Below, in pieces: positions 1-8,268 of a stretch of DNA of 40,848 bases. The DNA is from an uncultured Candidatus Saccharibacteria bacterium. Its GTDB lineage: Bacteria; Patescibacteriota; Saccharimonadia; Saccharimonadales; CAZJQT01. The notes beneath the pieces are model-generated. The model saw only the letters and a program-made list of their open reading frames with translations, did not search any database and was not told the origin of the DNA. Location of the stretch: the NCBI GenBank assembly GCA_964636215.1, contig CAZWRJ010000005.1, positions 1-40,848 on the forward strand, in the 5' to 3' direction. Position 1 is the stretch's first letter. Each line of letters opens with the position of its first letter. The position numbers were made by a program, and so were the translations under genes.

Positions 1-53
1 CATATTAGCCGTTATACGAATCCCGCAACAGGGGTGATTATACCATAGAGTCT

Positions 54-1580
54 CTATAACTCGTGTAGAACCGAAATATGGGCCCCTAGGCTATTAAAAC
101 GTTCAGCCAGATCTTCGTAACCTCGGTTTATAGAATAAACATTGCGCAGGATCGAAACTCCGTCAGCCGCTAACATTGCGATGAGCAGTAATACGGCTGG
201 CCTAAGGGCTGGTGGGCAAACAATATCGGCGCTACTAAACTTAGTCGGGCCATCAATGTAGGCTCGGTGTGGATCAGCTAAGGTAACATTAACGTTTAAT
301 TTCCTAAGCTCGGTGTAGTACAAAGCTCTTTCCTCGTAGACCCAATCGTGAATCAAGGTTCGGCCTTTGGCCACGGCGGCAATTGGTACAAAATACGGCA
401 GATTATCGATGTTCAGCCCAGGGAATGGTCGGGCGTAAATTTTCTCTTCCAGTGCTGTCAAGGTACCATCGTGTTTATGAATATTAATGTTGACGAGTTC
501 AGTAGCCCCGTTTTCGGCTTTATAGGTCTCAGACACGTCAAACTTCAGTCCCATCTTTTTCAACTTTAATAATTCTAGTTCCAAGAATTCAATCGGCGCT
601 CGTTCAATAGTAATTGACGAATTGGTTGTGACAGCTGCGGCAATGAAAGTCATGGCTTCAATCGGATCCTCGCTCGGATAATAAGTGACATTTTTCTTGA
701 TTTGCTTAACTCCCCTAACTCGTAGTGTTGTAGTGCCAATGCCCTCAATCTTCACCCCGAGTTTTTTGAGAAAATAACATAAATCCTGAACCTGATAATT
801 GGCGCTAGCCATCTTGATAACAGTTTCTGACTCAAAACGACTGGCTGCCATCAACACGTTTTCAGTGGTAGTGTCACCGGACTCATAAAGCACAATTTGT
901 TTAGCAGGATGTTTATTTACACTGATGTTGTAATGGCCAGTCTTGGCTACGATATCGACACCAAATTCCTCAAGAGCAAAAAGATGCGGCTCAACGGTCC
1001 GGGTGCCAAGCTTGCAACCACCTGCATAAGGAATTTTGAATTCTTTGAATACGTGCATGAGTGGACCCATCATCATAATGACACTGCGTGTTCTACGTGC
1101 CGCACCCTTGTCCATAGTCTCTAAATTGAACTGAGCAGGAGGTTTAATTTCTAGATCATTTCCAGCAAGCCAGCGGACGCCCACGCCGATACTCTGTAGC
1201 ACCTCAACCAATCGATTAACTTCCTCGATACGTGGCATATGCTTAAATCTGGTAACACCTTTATTGAGCATCGAGGCCATTAACAGTGCCACTGCAGCAT
1301 TTTTGGAGGTATTAACAGTGATCGAGCCCTTCAATTCGTGGCCACCTTCTACCTTCAAATTGACCGCACTACTGCCAATACTAATCAGGGGTTTATTTAA
1401 GACATCGCTAATGCGACCCAAGGTTTCCAGACTTAGATTCTGTTTACCATGTTCAATGCGATTTACAGCGCTTTGACTGGTGCTAAGTTTACGAGCAAAT
1501 TCAGCCTGTGTTAGGCCCCTATCTTGTCGTATCTGGTAAATAAGTTGACCAATCTTTTCGTTTGTAGTCATATAGGCCAC
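54..1580 (-). CDS. murA: UDP-N-acetylglucosamine 1-carboxyvinyltransferase (MurA) with an N-terminal XRE-type HTH domain
   Basis: 508-aa ORF. The first ~65 aa form an XRE-type HTH (GLTQAEFARKLSTSQSAVNRIEHGKQN). The rest matches the MurA/EPSP-synthase fold by eye, including the active-site Cys loop YAGGCKLGTRTVEPH. Confidence 0.9.
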   Translation of the reverse strand: MAYMTTNEKIGQLIYQIRQDRGLTQAEFARKLSTSQSAVNRIEHGKQNLSLETLGRISDVLNKPLISIGSSAVNLKVEGGHELKGSITVNTSKNAAVALLMASMLNKGVTRFKHMPRIEEVNRLVEVLQSIGVGVRWLAGNDLEIKPPAQFNLETMDKGAARRTRSVIMMMGPLMHVFKEFKIPYAGGCKLGTRTVEPHLFALEEFGVDIVAKTGHYNISVNKHPAKQIVLYESGDTTTENVLMAASRFESETVIKMASANYQVQDLCYFLKKLGVKIEGIGTTTLRVRGVKQIKKNVTYYPSEDPIEAMTFIAAAVTTNSSITIERAPIEFLELELLKLKKMGLKFDVSETYKAENGATELVNINIHKHDGTLTALEEKIYARPFPGLNIDNLPYFVPIAAVAKGRTLIHDWVYEERALYYTELRKLNVNVTLADPHRAYIDGPTKFSSADIVCPPALRPAVLLLIAMLAADGVSILRNVYSINRGYEDLAERFNSLGAHISVLHEL

Positions 1581-1712
1581 AACATTATATCGTCCGCGGT
1601 ATAAAATTCAAATACTTTTTGCTCGCTAGTAGAACTGTTAGAATGTGCGTATGATCTAGTGCAAACACTTAACTTATCGACATACCAAATATAAGTGTTT
1701 GAGGAGTTGTCC

Positions 1713-2993
1713 ATGAAAGATCCAAAAGTTGCTAAATTGATCAAATCCGAAGAAGAGCGACAACGCTCTGGTCTTGAGCTAATCCCCAGTGAGAATTATG
1801 TCAGCCGAGAAGTTTTAGAAGCTCTCGGCAGCGTATTTACCAATAAATATTCCGAGGGCTTTCCAGGCAAACGTTATTATGGCGGCCAGGAAAATACCGA
1901 TCCGCTCGAACAACTAGCCATAGACCGTGCCAAAAAGCTTTTTGGGTCCGATCATGCTAACGTCCAATCTCATTCTGGCGCGCCAGCTAATGAAGCTGTT
2001 TATTTCGCTTGGGCCGAACCTGGCGACACTATCATGGGCATGGAACTCAGTCACGGTGGCCATTTGACACACGGTCGACCCGGCACTATGGCAGCCAAAA
2101 TCTTTAATTTTGTACGATACGGCATGAAAGATATTGAAACTGGCGAAATTGACTACGATCAAATGTTAGCCGTAGCCAAAAAGACCAAACCCAAAATTAT
2201 CATCGCTGGTTTTTCTTCATTCCCAAGGGAGCTTGACTATGCCAAGTTTGCCGCTATAGGCAAAGAAGTGAACGCCGTTATGATGGCCGACATGGCCCAC
2301 GTTGCTGGCCTAATTGCTGGAAAACAACTGGCCAACCCGCTAGATTTTGGTTTTCATGTCATGACTACCACCACCCACAAGACTCTTCGTGGACCGCGTG
2401 GGGCGATGATTTGTTCCAATGGCACTGTATCTAATCCGTTTAAACCAGTTGATAAAAAGGTAATAAACTTGCCGACCTTAATTGATCGAACGGTCTTCCC
2501 TGGTATTCAGGGCGGTCCTCATATGAATACCATCGCTGCTAAGGCCATCGCTTTCAACGAAGCCTTACAACCGGAATTTAAGGTTTATGCCCAGCAGGTT
2601 CTCAAAAACGCCAAGCGTTTGTCGGAAGAACTTATGAAACGCGGTTTCAAGCTAGTGACCAATGGAACTGATAATCACATGATGGTTGCAGACGTAAAGA
2701 AGTCCTTTGATATTGATGGCAATACCGCCGAAGCGGTCCTTGACCAAATTGGATTGACCCTAAATAAACAAATTGTTCCGGATGATCCTTTGCCTCCATA
2801 TAGGCCAAGCGGTATACGACTAGGAACACCGGCTATTACAACCCGTGGTCTTAAAGAGAGTGATATGCCAACGATTGCCGACTGGATACAACAAGCCATT
2901 GCTTCGCGTAATGATAGTAAAAAGCTAACCCAACTCAAAAAACAGGTTAGTGAATTTGCATCACAGTTTCCTTTGCCAAGCGACAAGGCTTAA
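1713..2993 (+). CDS. glyA: serine hydroxymethyltransferase
   Basis: SHMT motifs ELIPSENY, SHGGHLTHG and TTTTHKTLRGPRG (PLP lysine). A GAGGAG SD lies 6 nt before ATG 1713, so the GTG at 1695 in the ORF track is less likely. Confidence 0.93.
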   Translation: MKDPKVAKLIKSEEERQRSGLELIPSENYVSREVLEALGSVFTNKYSEGFPGKRYYGGQENTDPLEQLAIDRAKKLFGSDHANVQSHSGAPANEAVYFAWAEPGDTIMGMELSHGGHLTHGRPGTMAAKIFNFVRYGMKDIETGEIDYDQMLAVAKKTKPKIIIAGFSSFPRELDYAKFAAIGKEVNAVMMADMAHVAGLIAGKQLANPLDFGFHVMTTTTHKTLRGPRGAMICSNGTVSNPFKPVDKKVINLPTLIDRTVFPGIQGGPHMNTIAAKAIAFNEALQPEFKVYAQQVLKNAKRLSEELMKRGFKLVTNGTDNHMMVADVKKSFDIDGNTAEAVLDQIGLTLNKQIVPDDPLPPYRPSGIRLGTPAITTRGLKESDMPTIADWIQQAIASRNDSKKLTQLKKQVSEFASQFPLPSDKA

Positions 2994-4063
2994 GGCAAGA
3001 GTTCTGGTTCTTGCTCAAGTGCTATGCCAAACTTGGCTTGCACGGTATCAACAATTTTTTGTTTAAATTTGAGTAAGTCAGCGGTGTTATGGGCATGTTC
3101 ATTGACCAACACCAAAGCTTGTTTATCCCAGGTAGCCATACCAGTCTCAGGATCATGAAAACCTTTGAACCCTTCATGTTCAAGTAAAGCTCCAGCGGCG
3201 ATTTTAACTTTGCCGTCTGGCAAATCCCACATAAATGTCGAGGGCCAGTTAGCTAGTTTGGGAAAATCTTCCAGAAGCTGGTCGGCCTTAGCGCGGTCAA
3301 TTATCGGTAATTTGAAAAACGAGCCATTATTAGCCACTAACGCCGGATTTGGTAGTCTAGAGTTACGAAGTTCAATAACCGCCTGGCGAATTGTGGCAGG
3401 ACTACGTTCGGTAATCTTGTGCTCGTCAAAATATGTTTGAAGGGTGTGGTAAAGTGGCCTATCTATAACACCGGCTGACAATTGCATTACTAGACTTACG
3501 ATTACGAACTTCCCATGATCAACGTTTTTAAAACGACTATTACGATAACCAAAGCTACAATCATCAGCCATCATAATCCTGAATTCCTGGGCTACTATAT
3601 CGTAAACCTCAATAGTCAATAAAACGTCTGATAATTGTCCGCCGTAGGCGCCAATATTCTGAACTGGCGCAGCTCCAGCTGTACCCGGTATCAAAGATAA
3701 ATACTCAATGCCGCTGAGGCCTGCTTGAACGGTGCGTTCTACTACACTGTCCCAGTTCTCGCCACCGCCAACGGTCACAAACGACTTCTCCTCGTCAAAC
3801 TTCTTTATTTCAAAACCGGCATTACGATTAACTATCACTAGTCCCTTAAATCCTTCGTCTCGCCATACGATGTTGCTGCCGTCACCGACGACAATAATCG
3901 GCAGGCCACGGTCCTTGGCCCACTTAACTGCCTCTACAACTTCATTACGCTCGTTGACCTCAGTTAAATAAGCAGCTGGGCCTCCGAGACGCATCGTAGA
4001 ATAGCCCCCTAGCGGCACATTATCCTGAATAAACATGCTCTCAGTTTTACATTCCGCGCTCAT
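2990..4063 (-). CDS. murB: UDP-N-acetylenolpyruvoylglucosamine reductase
   Basis: FAD-binding N-terminus (YSTMRLGGPAAY, VVGDGSNIV) and LIPGTAGAAPVQNIGAYG, typical of MurB. The 3' end overlaps glyA by 4 nt (convergent). Confidence 0.9.
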   Translation of the reverse strand: MSAECKTESMFIQDNVPLGGYSTMRLGGPAAYLTEVNERNEVVEAVKWAKDRGLPIIVVGDGSNIVWRDEGFKGLVIVNRNAGFEIKKFDEEKSFVTVGGGENWDSVVERTVQAGLSGIEYLSLIPGTAGAAPVQNIGAYGGQLSDVLLTIEVYDIVAQEFRIMMADDCSFGYRNSRFKNVDHGKFVIVSLVMQLSAGVIDRPLYHTLQTYFDEHKITERSPATIRQAVIELRNSRLPNPALVANNGSFFKLPIIDRAKADQLLEDFPKLANWPSTFMWDLPDGKVKIAAGALLEHEGFKGFHDPETGMATWDKQALVLVNEHAHNTADLLKFKQKIVDTVQAKFGIALEQEPELLP

Positions 4064-4105
4064 GCTTGCAAGTTTGTGGCCACTGGCGTAGCATAGTTTC
4101 TATAT

Positions 4106-4675
4106 ATGAGTTCTGGGAACAAAGACTCTCGAAGCGTGCCTTACAAGCGATTAGGCGATCATTTAAAAAAGCTTCGCCAACATCGCAAATTGTCCCTTGC
4201 TGAAGCCTCTGGGGCTGTCGAAGTTGACATTGAAGTCCTAAATGCCATAGAAATTGGGTCTGAGCGTCCCAGCGAAGATATCTTATTGCTACTGATAAGC
4301 TATTTAGCCGCCAAAGACGACCTAGCTACCAAGCTTTGGCAACTAGCTGGTTATAATGATGATTTTCGAACTTCCCAAAGTGGGGTGAGCGACGAGCTAG
4401 AAACGACTTCCACTGCCGCTATGGTTATGCCAGCTGATGCTAGGGTTGTTTATACAGATATGCTTAGCGTCACTTCCAACGACTACGGCGTAGTCATCAA
4501 CTTTATGCAAAACAACGGTCCCACCAATCAGCCGATGATTGTTAGCCGCCTTGGGATGAGCAAGGAACATGCCGAGCACGTTTTAACTAGCCTTCACCAA
4601 GTTTTAGCATCAACCAAGCCCAAGCTTTTGCCATCTCGAACCCTCGATAAAAAGTCCAAAAACTCTAAAAAATAA
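4106..4675 (+). CDS. XRE-family HTH protein with a C-terminal DUF3467-like domain
   Basis: N-terminal HTH (LKKLRQHRKLSLAEASGAVEV). The C-terminal segment VVYTDMLSVTSNDYGVVINFMQ...IVSRLGMSKEHAEHVLTSL resembles the DUF3467 pattern as I remember it. Confidence 0.7.
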   Translation: MSSGNKDSRSVPYKRLGDHLKKLRQHRKLSLAEASGAVEVDIEVLNAIEIGSERPSEDILLLLISYLAAKDDLATKLWQLAGYNDDFRTSQSGVSDELETTSTAAMVMPADARVVYTDMLSVTSNDYGVVINFMQNNGPTNQPMIVSRLGMSKEHAEHVLTSLHQVLASTKPKLLPSRTLDKKSKNSKK

Positions 4676-4686
4676 TCTGATTAATT

Positions 4687-4762
4687 TGGTACGCCCGGAG
4701 AGATTCGAACTCCCGACTTTCTGGTCCGAAGCCAGACGCTCTATCCACTGAGCTACGGGCGC
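4687..4762 (-). tRNA. tRNA-Arg (anticodon UCG), CCA encoded
   Basis: The reverse complement GCGCCCGTAGCTCAGTGGATAGAGCGTCTGGCTTCGGACCAGAAAGTCGGGAGTTCGAATCTCTCCGGGCGTACCA folds as a cloverleaf with anticodon loop CTTCGGA. The 1:72 pair is G-U. Confidence 0.85.
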
Positions 4763-4832
4763 ATACATTTAAGATCCACTAACCTACTTAACTGTCCCAC
4801 ACTTTGGCCATAGGGGTCAAGAGGCAGATTAT

Positions 4833-5351
4833 CTAAGCGGCAAACTTATAAGTTACTTTCTGTTTGTCGACCTTGTGGGATTTAGGCTCTTCGTAAACCA
4901 CCTTAAACTCGCCGTTGCTACCAGGCCTTCGTAAGAATAAAATCCAGCCATCATTAGTTTCCCTATATCTAGTCATTTCGGGAGCATCGTGATAGTAACC
5001 GTTGAGCACACCATGGCGATTAAATATTTCGCGCATAGCGACAAATGCAACCACAAAACTTGCACCTGGATTCTGGTATGAAAAAGCAATTAATGCATCG
5101 CCAATACTACTCCGTCTCTCTTCAACCCCTGCAATAATATGTTCCATCTCAGCTATTTTTTCTCTGGTCACGGTTTCAATTGTTCTAGCAACCGTTAAGC
5201 TAACATCGGCCATATCTTTTTCAATAGCTTTTTGTACTTCAGCCTTACGAATACCCTCTGCATCAATTTCTTCGACCATAACATCAGCTGGAACTGGCTC
5301 AATAACCCCATTATCAACAACTAAAAGACCAGATTCTGTTTCCCGAGACAT
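4833..5351 (-). CDS. hypothetical protein
   Basis: 172-aa ORF with balanced, protein-like composition. The antisense ORF 5002..5412 is Ser/Thr/Ile-rich and looks spurious. No family recognised. Confidence 0.6.
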   Translation of the reverse strand: MSRETESGLLVVDNGVIEPVPADVMVEEIDAEGIRKAEVQKAIEKDMADVSLTVARTIETVTREKIAEMEHIIAGVEERRSSIGDALIAFSYQNPGASFVVAFVAMREIFNRHGVLNGYYHDAPEMTRYRETNDGWILFLRRPGSNGEFKVVYEEPKSHKVDKQKVTYKFAA

Positions 5352-5533
5352 AATTTTTCCTAATCAAAATAATAATCCTTACAGACAAATGCTGCAAGCA
5401 CAAACGAATTGACAAATTACTCAGGATTTACTAGTAGTCTAAAGCATGCCGCGACGACGCCGACGACGCCTAGAACCAGCTATTGAAACGGGCGTAAGTG
5501 GTCTACCTATCATTATCATTTCTCCTTTAACTA

Positions 5534-5962
5534 TTATTTAGTCTGCTTAATTTCTTTTAGAGCAGCATCAACTTTATCTGGGTGTATACGTCCTTCATCT
5601 AGTAGTACTGCGCCTTTATCCAGCAATGCCTTTTTGAGACCCTTGGCCCATAGCTGCTCAATAACTAGTACCCCAGCGGATGTATCTTTATCCATCTTGC
5701 TGCCAACTTTATCTACATCTTCCTCAGTAAATAATGGCATATCATCTTGATGTCCTAATAATTTTGCCACGTCTTTTAACTCTTTATGTTGATCTGCAAC
5801 TTCGGCCATGGCTACGTTGCCATCAGAGTCCTTAATAATAAAAACTAAATCAACAACTCTAATCACGCCACTATCAACGGCCTTAGATAGCTCTTCTAAA
5901 ACGCTCCCGTCAAAGTTATTTCCTTTGAAGCCAACTATAATGTAATCTATTGGTCCCAGCAT
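5534..5962 (-). CDS. DUF6325-like protein
   Basis: 142 aa. MLGPIDYIIVGF.GN.F.G.....L...V.SG.IRVVDLVFI.KD.DG and the C-terminal AGVLVIEQLWAKGLKKAL...GAVLLDEGRI match my recollection of DUF6325-type proteins. GGAGAA SD upstream. Confidence 0.65.
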   Translation of the reverse strand: MLGPIDYIIVGFKGNNFDGSVLEELSKAVDSGVIRVVDLVFIIKDSDGNVAMAEVADQHKELKDVAKLLGHQDDMPLFTEEDVDKVGSKMDKDTSAGVLVIEQLWAKGLKKALLDKGAVLLDEGRIHPDKVDAALKEIKQTK

Positions 5963-6046
5963 AATTTCTCCCTAATCATCAATGGAACTTGATATATTCG
6001 AACCCTCCTTTACATGTTTTATTATAGGCTGGTTTTGATAAATGTG

Positions 6047-6062
6047 TGTGACCATAATCACA
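6047..6062. promoter_or_regulatory. perfect TGTGA-N6-TCACA palindrome (CRP/FNR-type operator consensus) in a divergent intergenic region
   Basis: TGTGACCATAATCACA read directly from the sequence, between the DUF6325-like gene (-) and folC (+). It overlaps a CATAAT -10-like hexamer. Confidence 0.25.
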
Positions 6063-6150
6063 ATAATCTCACCTAGCTTTATAAAAAATGGTATTTATAG
6101 ACAGGTAACTACGGTGGCACTAGTGTATCATTTAGTCGAGGTTACGAGAG

Positions 6151-7416
6151 ATGATGATAAAAAATATGGCCGAGGCGGAAGCCGAACTGGCCAAATATAT
6201 GCCGCGTGTCAAAGAACTGCTAGGCAAGGATATTACCCTTGAACGCATGCAGCCAATGCTAGACGTTCTTGACCATCCCGAAAAACAGCTGAAAATTATT
6301 CATGTCGCTGGCACGTCAGGGAAGACCTCCACAGCCTATTACATATCAAGTCTACTAGTGCAGGCAGGGCAAAAAGTTGGTTTAACGGTTTCGCCACATA
6401 TGGACTCTGTGACTGAGCGTCTTCAGATCAATCTCAAACCATTATCGGAGAAACTATTTTGTGAAACGCTTGGAGAATTTTTAGAACTGATAAAGAACAT
6501 TCGGCCAGAACCAACCTATTTTGAACTTATAATCGGTCTAGTATTCTGGTACTTTGCCAAAGCTAAGGTAGATTACGCCGTAATCGAAACCGGTCTTGGA
6601 GGTCTTCACGACGCAACCAATGCAGCCAGACAACCAGACAAAATCTGTGTTATAACCGATATAGGTTACGATCACATGCACGTGCTAGGGAACAATCTAG
6701 AGGAAATTGCCGGGCAGAAGGCTGGGATCATCCATTCTGGCAACCAAGTTTTTATGTATAAACAAGCGGACGTCATTAATCAAGTTATCAAAAAATATAC
6801 ACGAAAACAAAATGCAATACTTAGCACGTTAAGTAATTTTGTGAGCAAGGGTAGGGAAGCTCCAGAAGACTTTAATAAACTACCACTCTTCCAACAGCGC
6901 AACTGGCAACTAGCCCGACAAGTTTACGATCACCTGCAAGCGCGTGATCACCTGCCTTTACTTAGTCATGATGAACTGATCAAGAGCTTTAAAGTACAGG
7001 TACCAGGGAGGATGGAAATTATTAAGCTCAGGAACAAAACTCTAATTATGGACGGAGCTCACAATGAGCAAAAGATGTCGGCTTTTGTTAAGAGTTTTCA
7101 AACAAAATACCCAAATGTCCGAACAGCGATATTATTGGCACTGAAGCAGGGTAAAGAATTCCAAACTGTACTACCGCTGCTTAAACCAATCTGCTCTAGA
7201 TTAATTATTACAAGCTTTGATGTTATGCAGGACCTACCAACTACATCGATTAGCCCAGAAAAGCTTGCGGATTCTGCCGAAAGTCTGGGTTTTATAGATG
7301 TATCTACAGAACCTGATCCTCTTGGGGCTTATCAAAAATTGATGGCCTCAACGGAGGATACGCTAATAATAACCGGTTCATTCTATTTGCTCAGTTATAT
7401 TCGTGTTAGGCTGTAG
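6151..7416 (+). CDS. folC: folylpolyglutamate synthase / dihydrofolate synthase (Mur-ligase family)
   Basis: P-loop HVAGTSGKTST, a Mur-ligase middle domain (ETGLGGLHDATN), and a size (421 aa) typical of FolC. It sits directly upstream of folA. Confidence 0.85.
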   Translation: MMIKNMAEAEAELAKYMPRVKELLGKDITLERMQPMLDVLDHPEKQLKIIHVAGTSGKTSTAYYISSLLVQAGQKVGLTVSPHMDSVTERLQINLKPLSEKLFCETLGEFLELIKNIRPEPTYFELIIGLVFWYFAKAKVDYAVIETGLGGLHDATNAARQPDKICVITDIGYDHMHVLGNNLEEIAGQKAGIIHSGNQVFMYKQADVINQVIKKYTRKQNAILSTLSNFVSKGREAPEDFNKLPLFQQRNWQLARQVYDHLQARDHLPLLSHDELIKSFKVQVPGRMEIIKLRNKTLIMDGAHNEQKMSAFVKSFQTKYPNVRTAILLALKQGKEFQTVLPLLKPICSRLIITSFDVMQDLPTTSISPEKLADSAESLGFIDVSTEPDPLGAYQKLMASTEDTLIITGSFYLLSYIRVRL

Positions 7417-7418
7417 TT

Positions 7419-7895
7419 ATGATCAGAATGATTGTGGCAATAGACGACAAATTGGGCTTAGCTAATGACCACGGTATTCCATGGATGGGTAAACTGCCAA
7501 CGGATATTCAATATTTTCGTCAAAAAACTACCGACGGCAATGTTCTCATGGGCCTAGTTACCTACAAGGAATTCGATAGGCCTCTGTCTCGCAGGCGTAA
7601 TTATGTAATTAATGACACTGATGAAAAAATGCGTCCAGGATTCGAAGAAGTACGCGACCTGCATGGTTTTGTGAAATCTTTTAGTGAAGACCTTTGGATT
7701 ATCGGCGGGGCAGGAGTGTTTGCCCAAACAATTCAATACGCAGACGAATTGTATCTAACAAGGGTTGGCGGTGACTTTAACTGCACCAAGTTTTTCCCAG
7801 AATTTGAGAATGAGTTTGAGCAAGCATCTTCCACAGAAACACAAAAAGAAAACGATATTCCATTCCGTTTTGAAGTCTGGAAACGTAAATCTTGA
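7419..7895 (+). CDS. folA: dihydrofolate reductase
   Basis: 158 aa. IVAIDDKLGLANDHGIPW, LMGLVTYKEF and WIIGGAGVF are classic DHFR motifs. It starts 3 nt after the folC stop. Confidence 0.9.
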   Translation: MIRMIVAIDDKLGLANDHGIPWMGKLPTDIQYFRQKTTDGNVLMGLVTYKEFDRPLSRRRNYVINDTDEKMRPGFEEVRDLHGFVKSFSEDLWIIGGAGVFAQTIQYADELYLTRVGGDFNCTKFFPEFENEFEQASSTETQKENDIPFRFEVWKRKS

Positions 7896-7903
7896 ATCTA
7901 TAA

Positions 7904-8182
7904 TTACTTAGGACAGCCGAATTTTGCAGTTTGGCAATCGTTGTACTGTTGTTTAGTGATACAACCAAGCGGCATACCGTAATTTACATAACCTTCTGGG
8001 CAGTTTCCCTTTGAGTCAGGTTTGGTATATCGAGTCTCCAACGTGTTGTTGTTGGTTGGGCTTTGTCTATTTCGATATATAAAAAAGGCTGAAATAATTA
8101 TCAAAATAACAAGTAAGCCAAGCAACACCCATCTTTTATTCATAACGAAACAATAGCATAAGTTCTCTGTAAATGGCATCAT
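7904..8182 (-). CDS. small membrane-anchored Cys-rich protein
   Basis: One TM helix (WVLLGLLVILIIISAFFIY) followed by a ~55-aa tail with 4 Cys. The true start is probably the internal MNKRW (about 8143). Confidence 0.5.
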   Translation of the reverse strand: MMPFTENLCYCFVMNKRWVLLGLLVILIIISAFFIYRNRQSPTNNNTLETRYTKPDSKGNCPEGYVNYGMPLGCITKQQYNDCQTAKFGCPK

Positions 8183-8268
8183 ACTAATGTTTTAACTTCT
8201 TTTTTGTAAGCAATAGTGTTATAAATAACTACTAAGTTCTAGGTGAAGTAACCTAGCGATCAAAAATT

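Noticed and set aside
1-53. A possible minus-strand start codon (CAT at 1-3) of a gene running off the left edge
   Set aside because: It cannot be evaluated with 3 nt of sequence.
5002-5412. 136-aa plus-strand ORF antisense to 4833..5351
   Set aside because: It is Ser/Thr/Ile-rich with low-complexity composition. The minus-strand partner has a normal protein composition, so only the minus-strand ORF was kept.
6042-6242. 66-aa ORF overlapping the folC start
   Set aside because: It lies in the promoter region and 5' end of folC, has no SD and is not protein-like. It is a shadow ORF.
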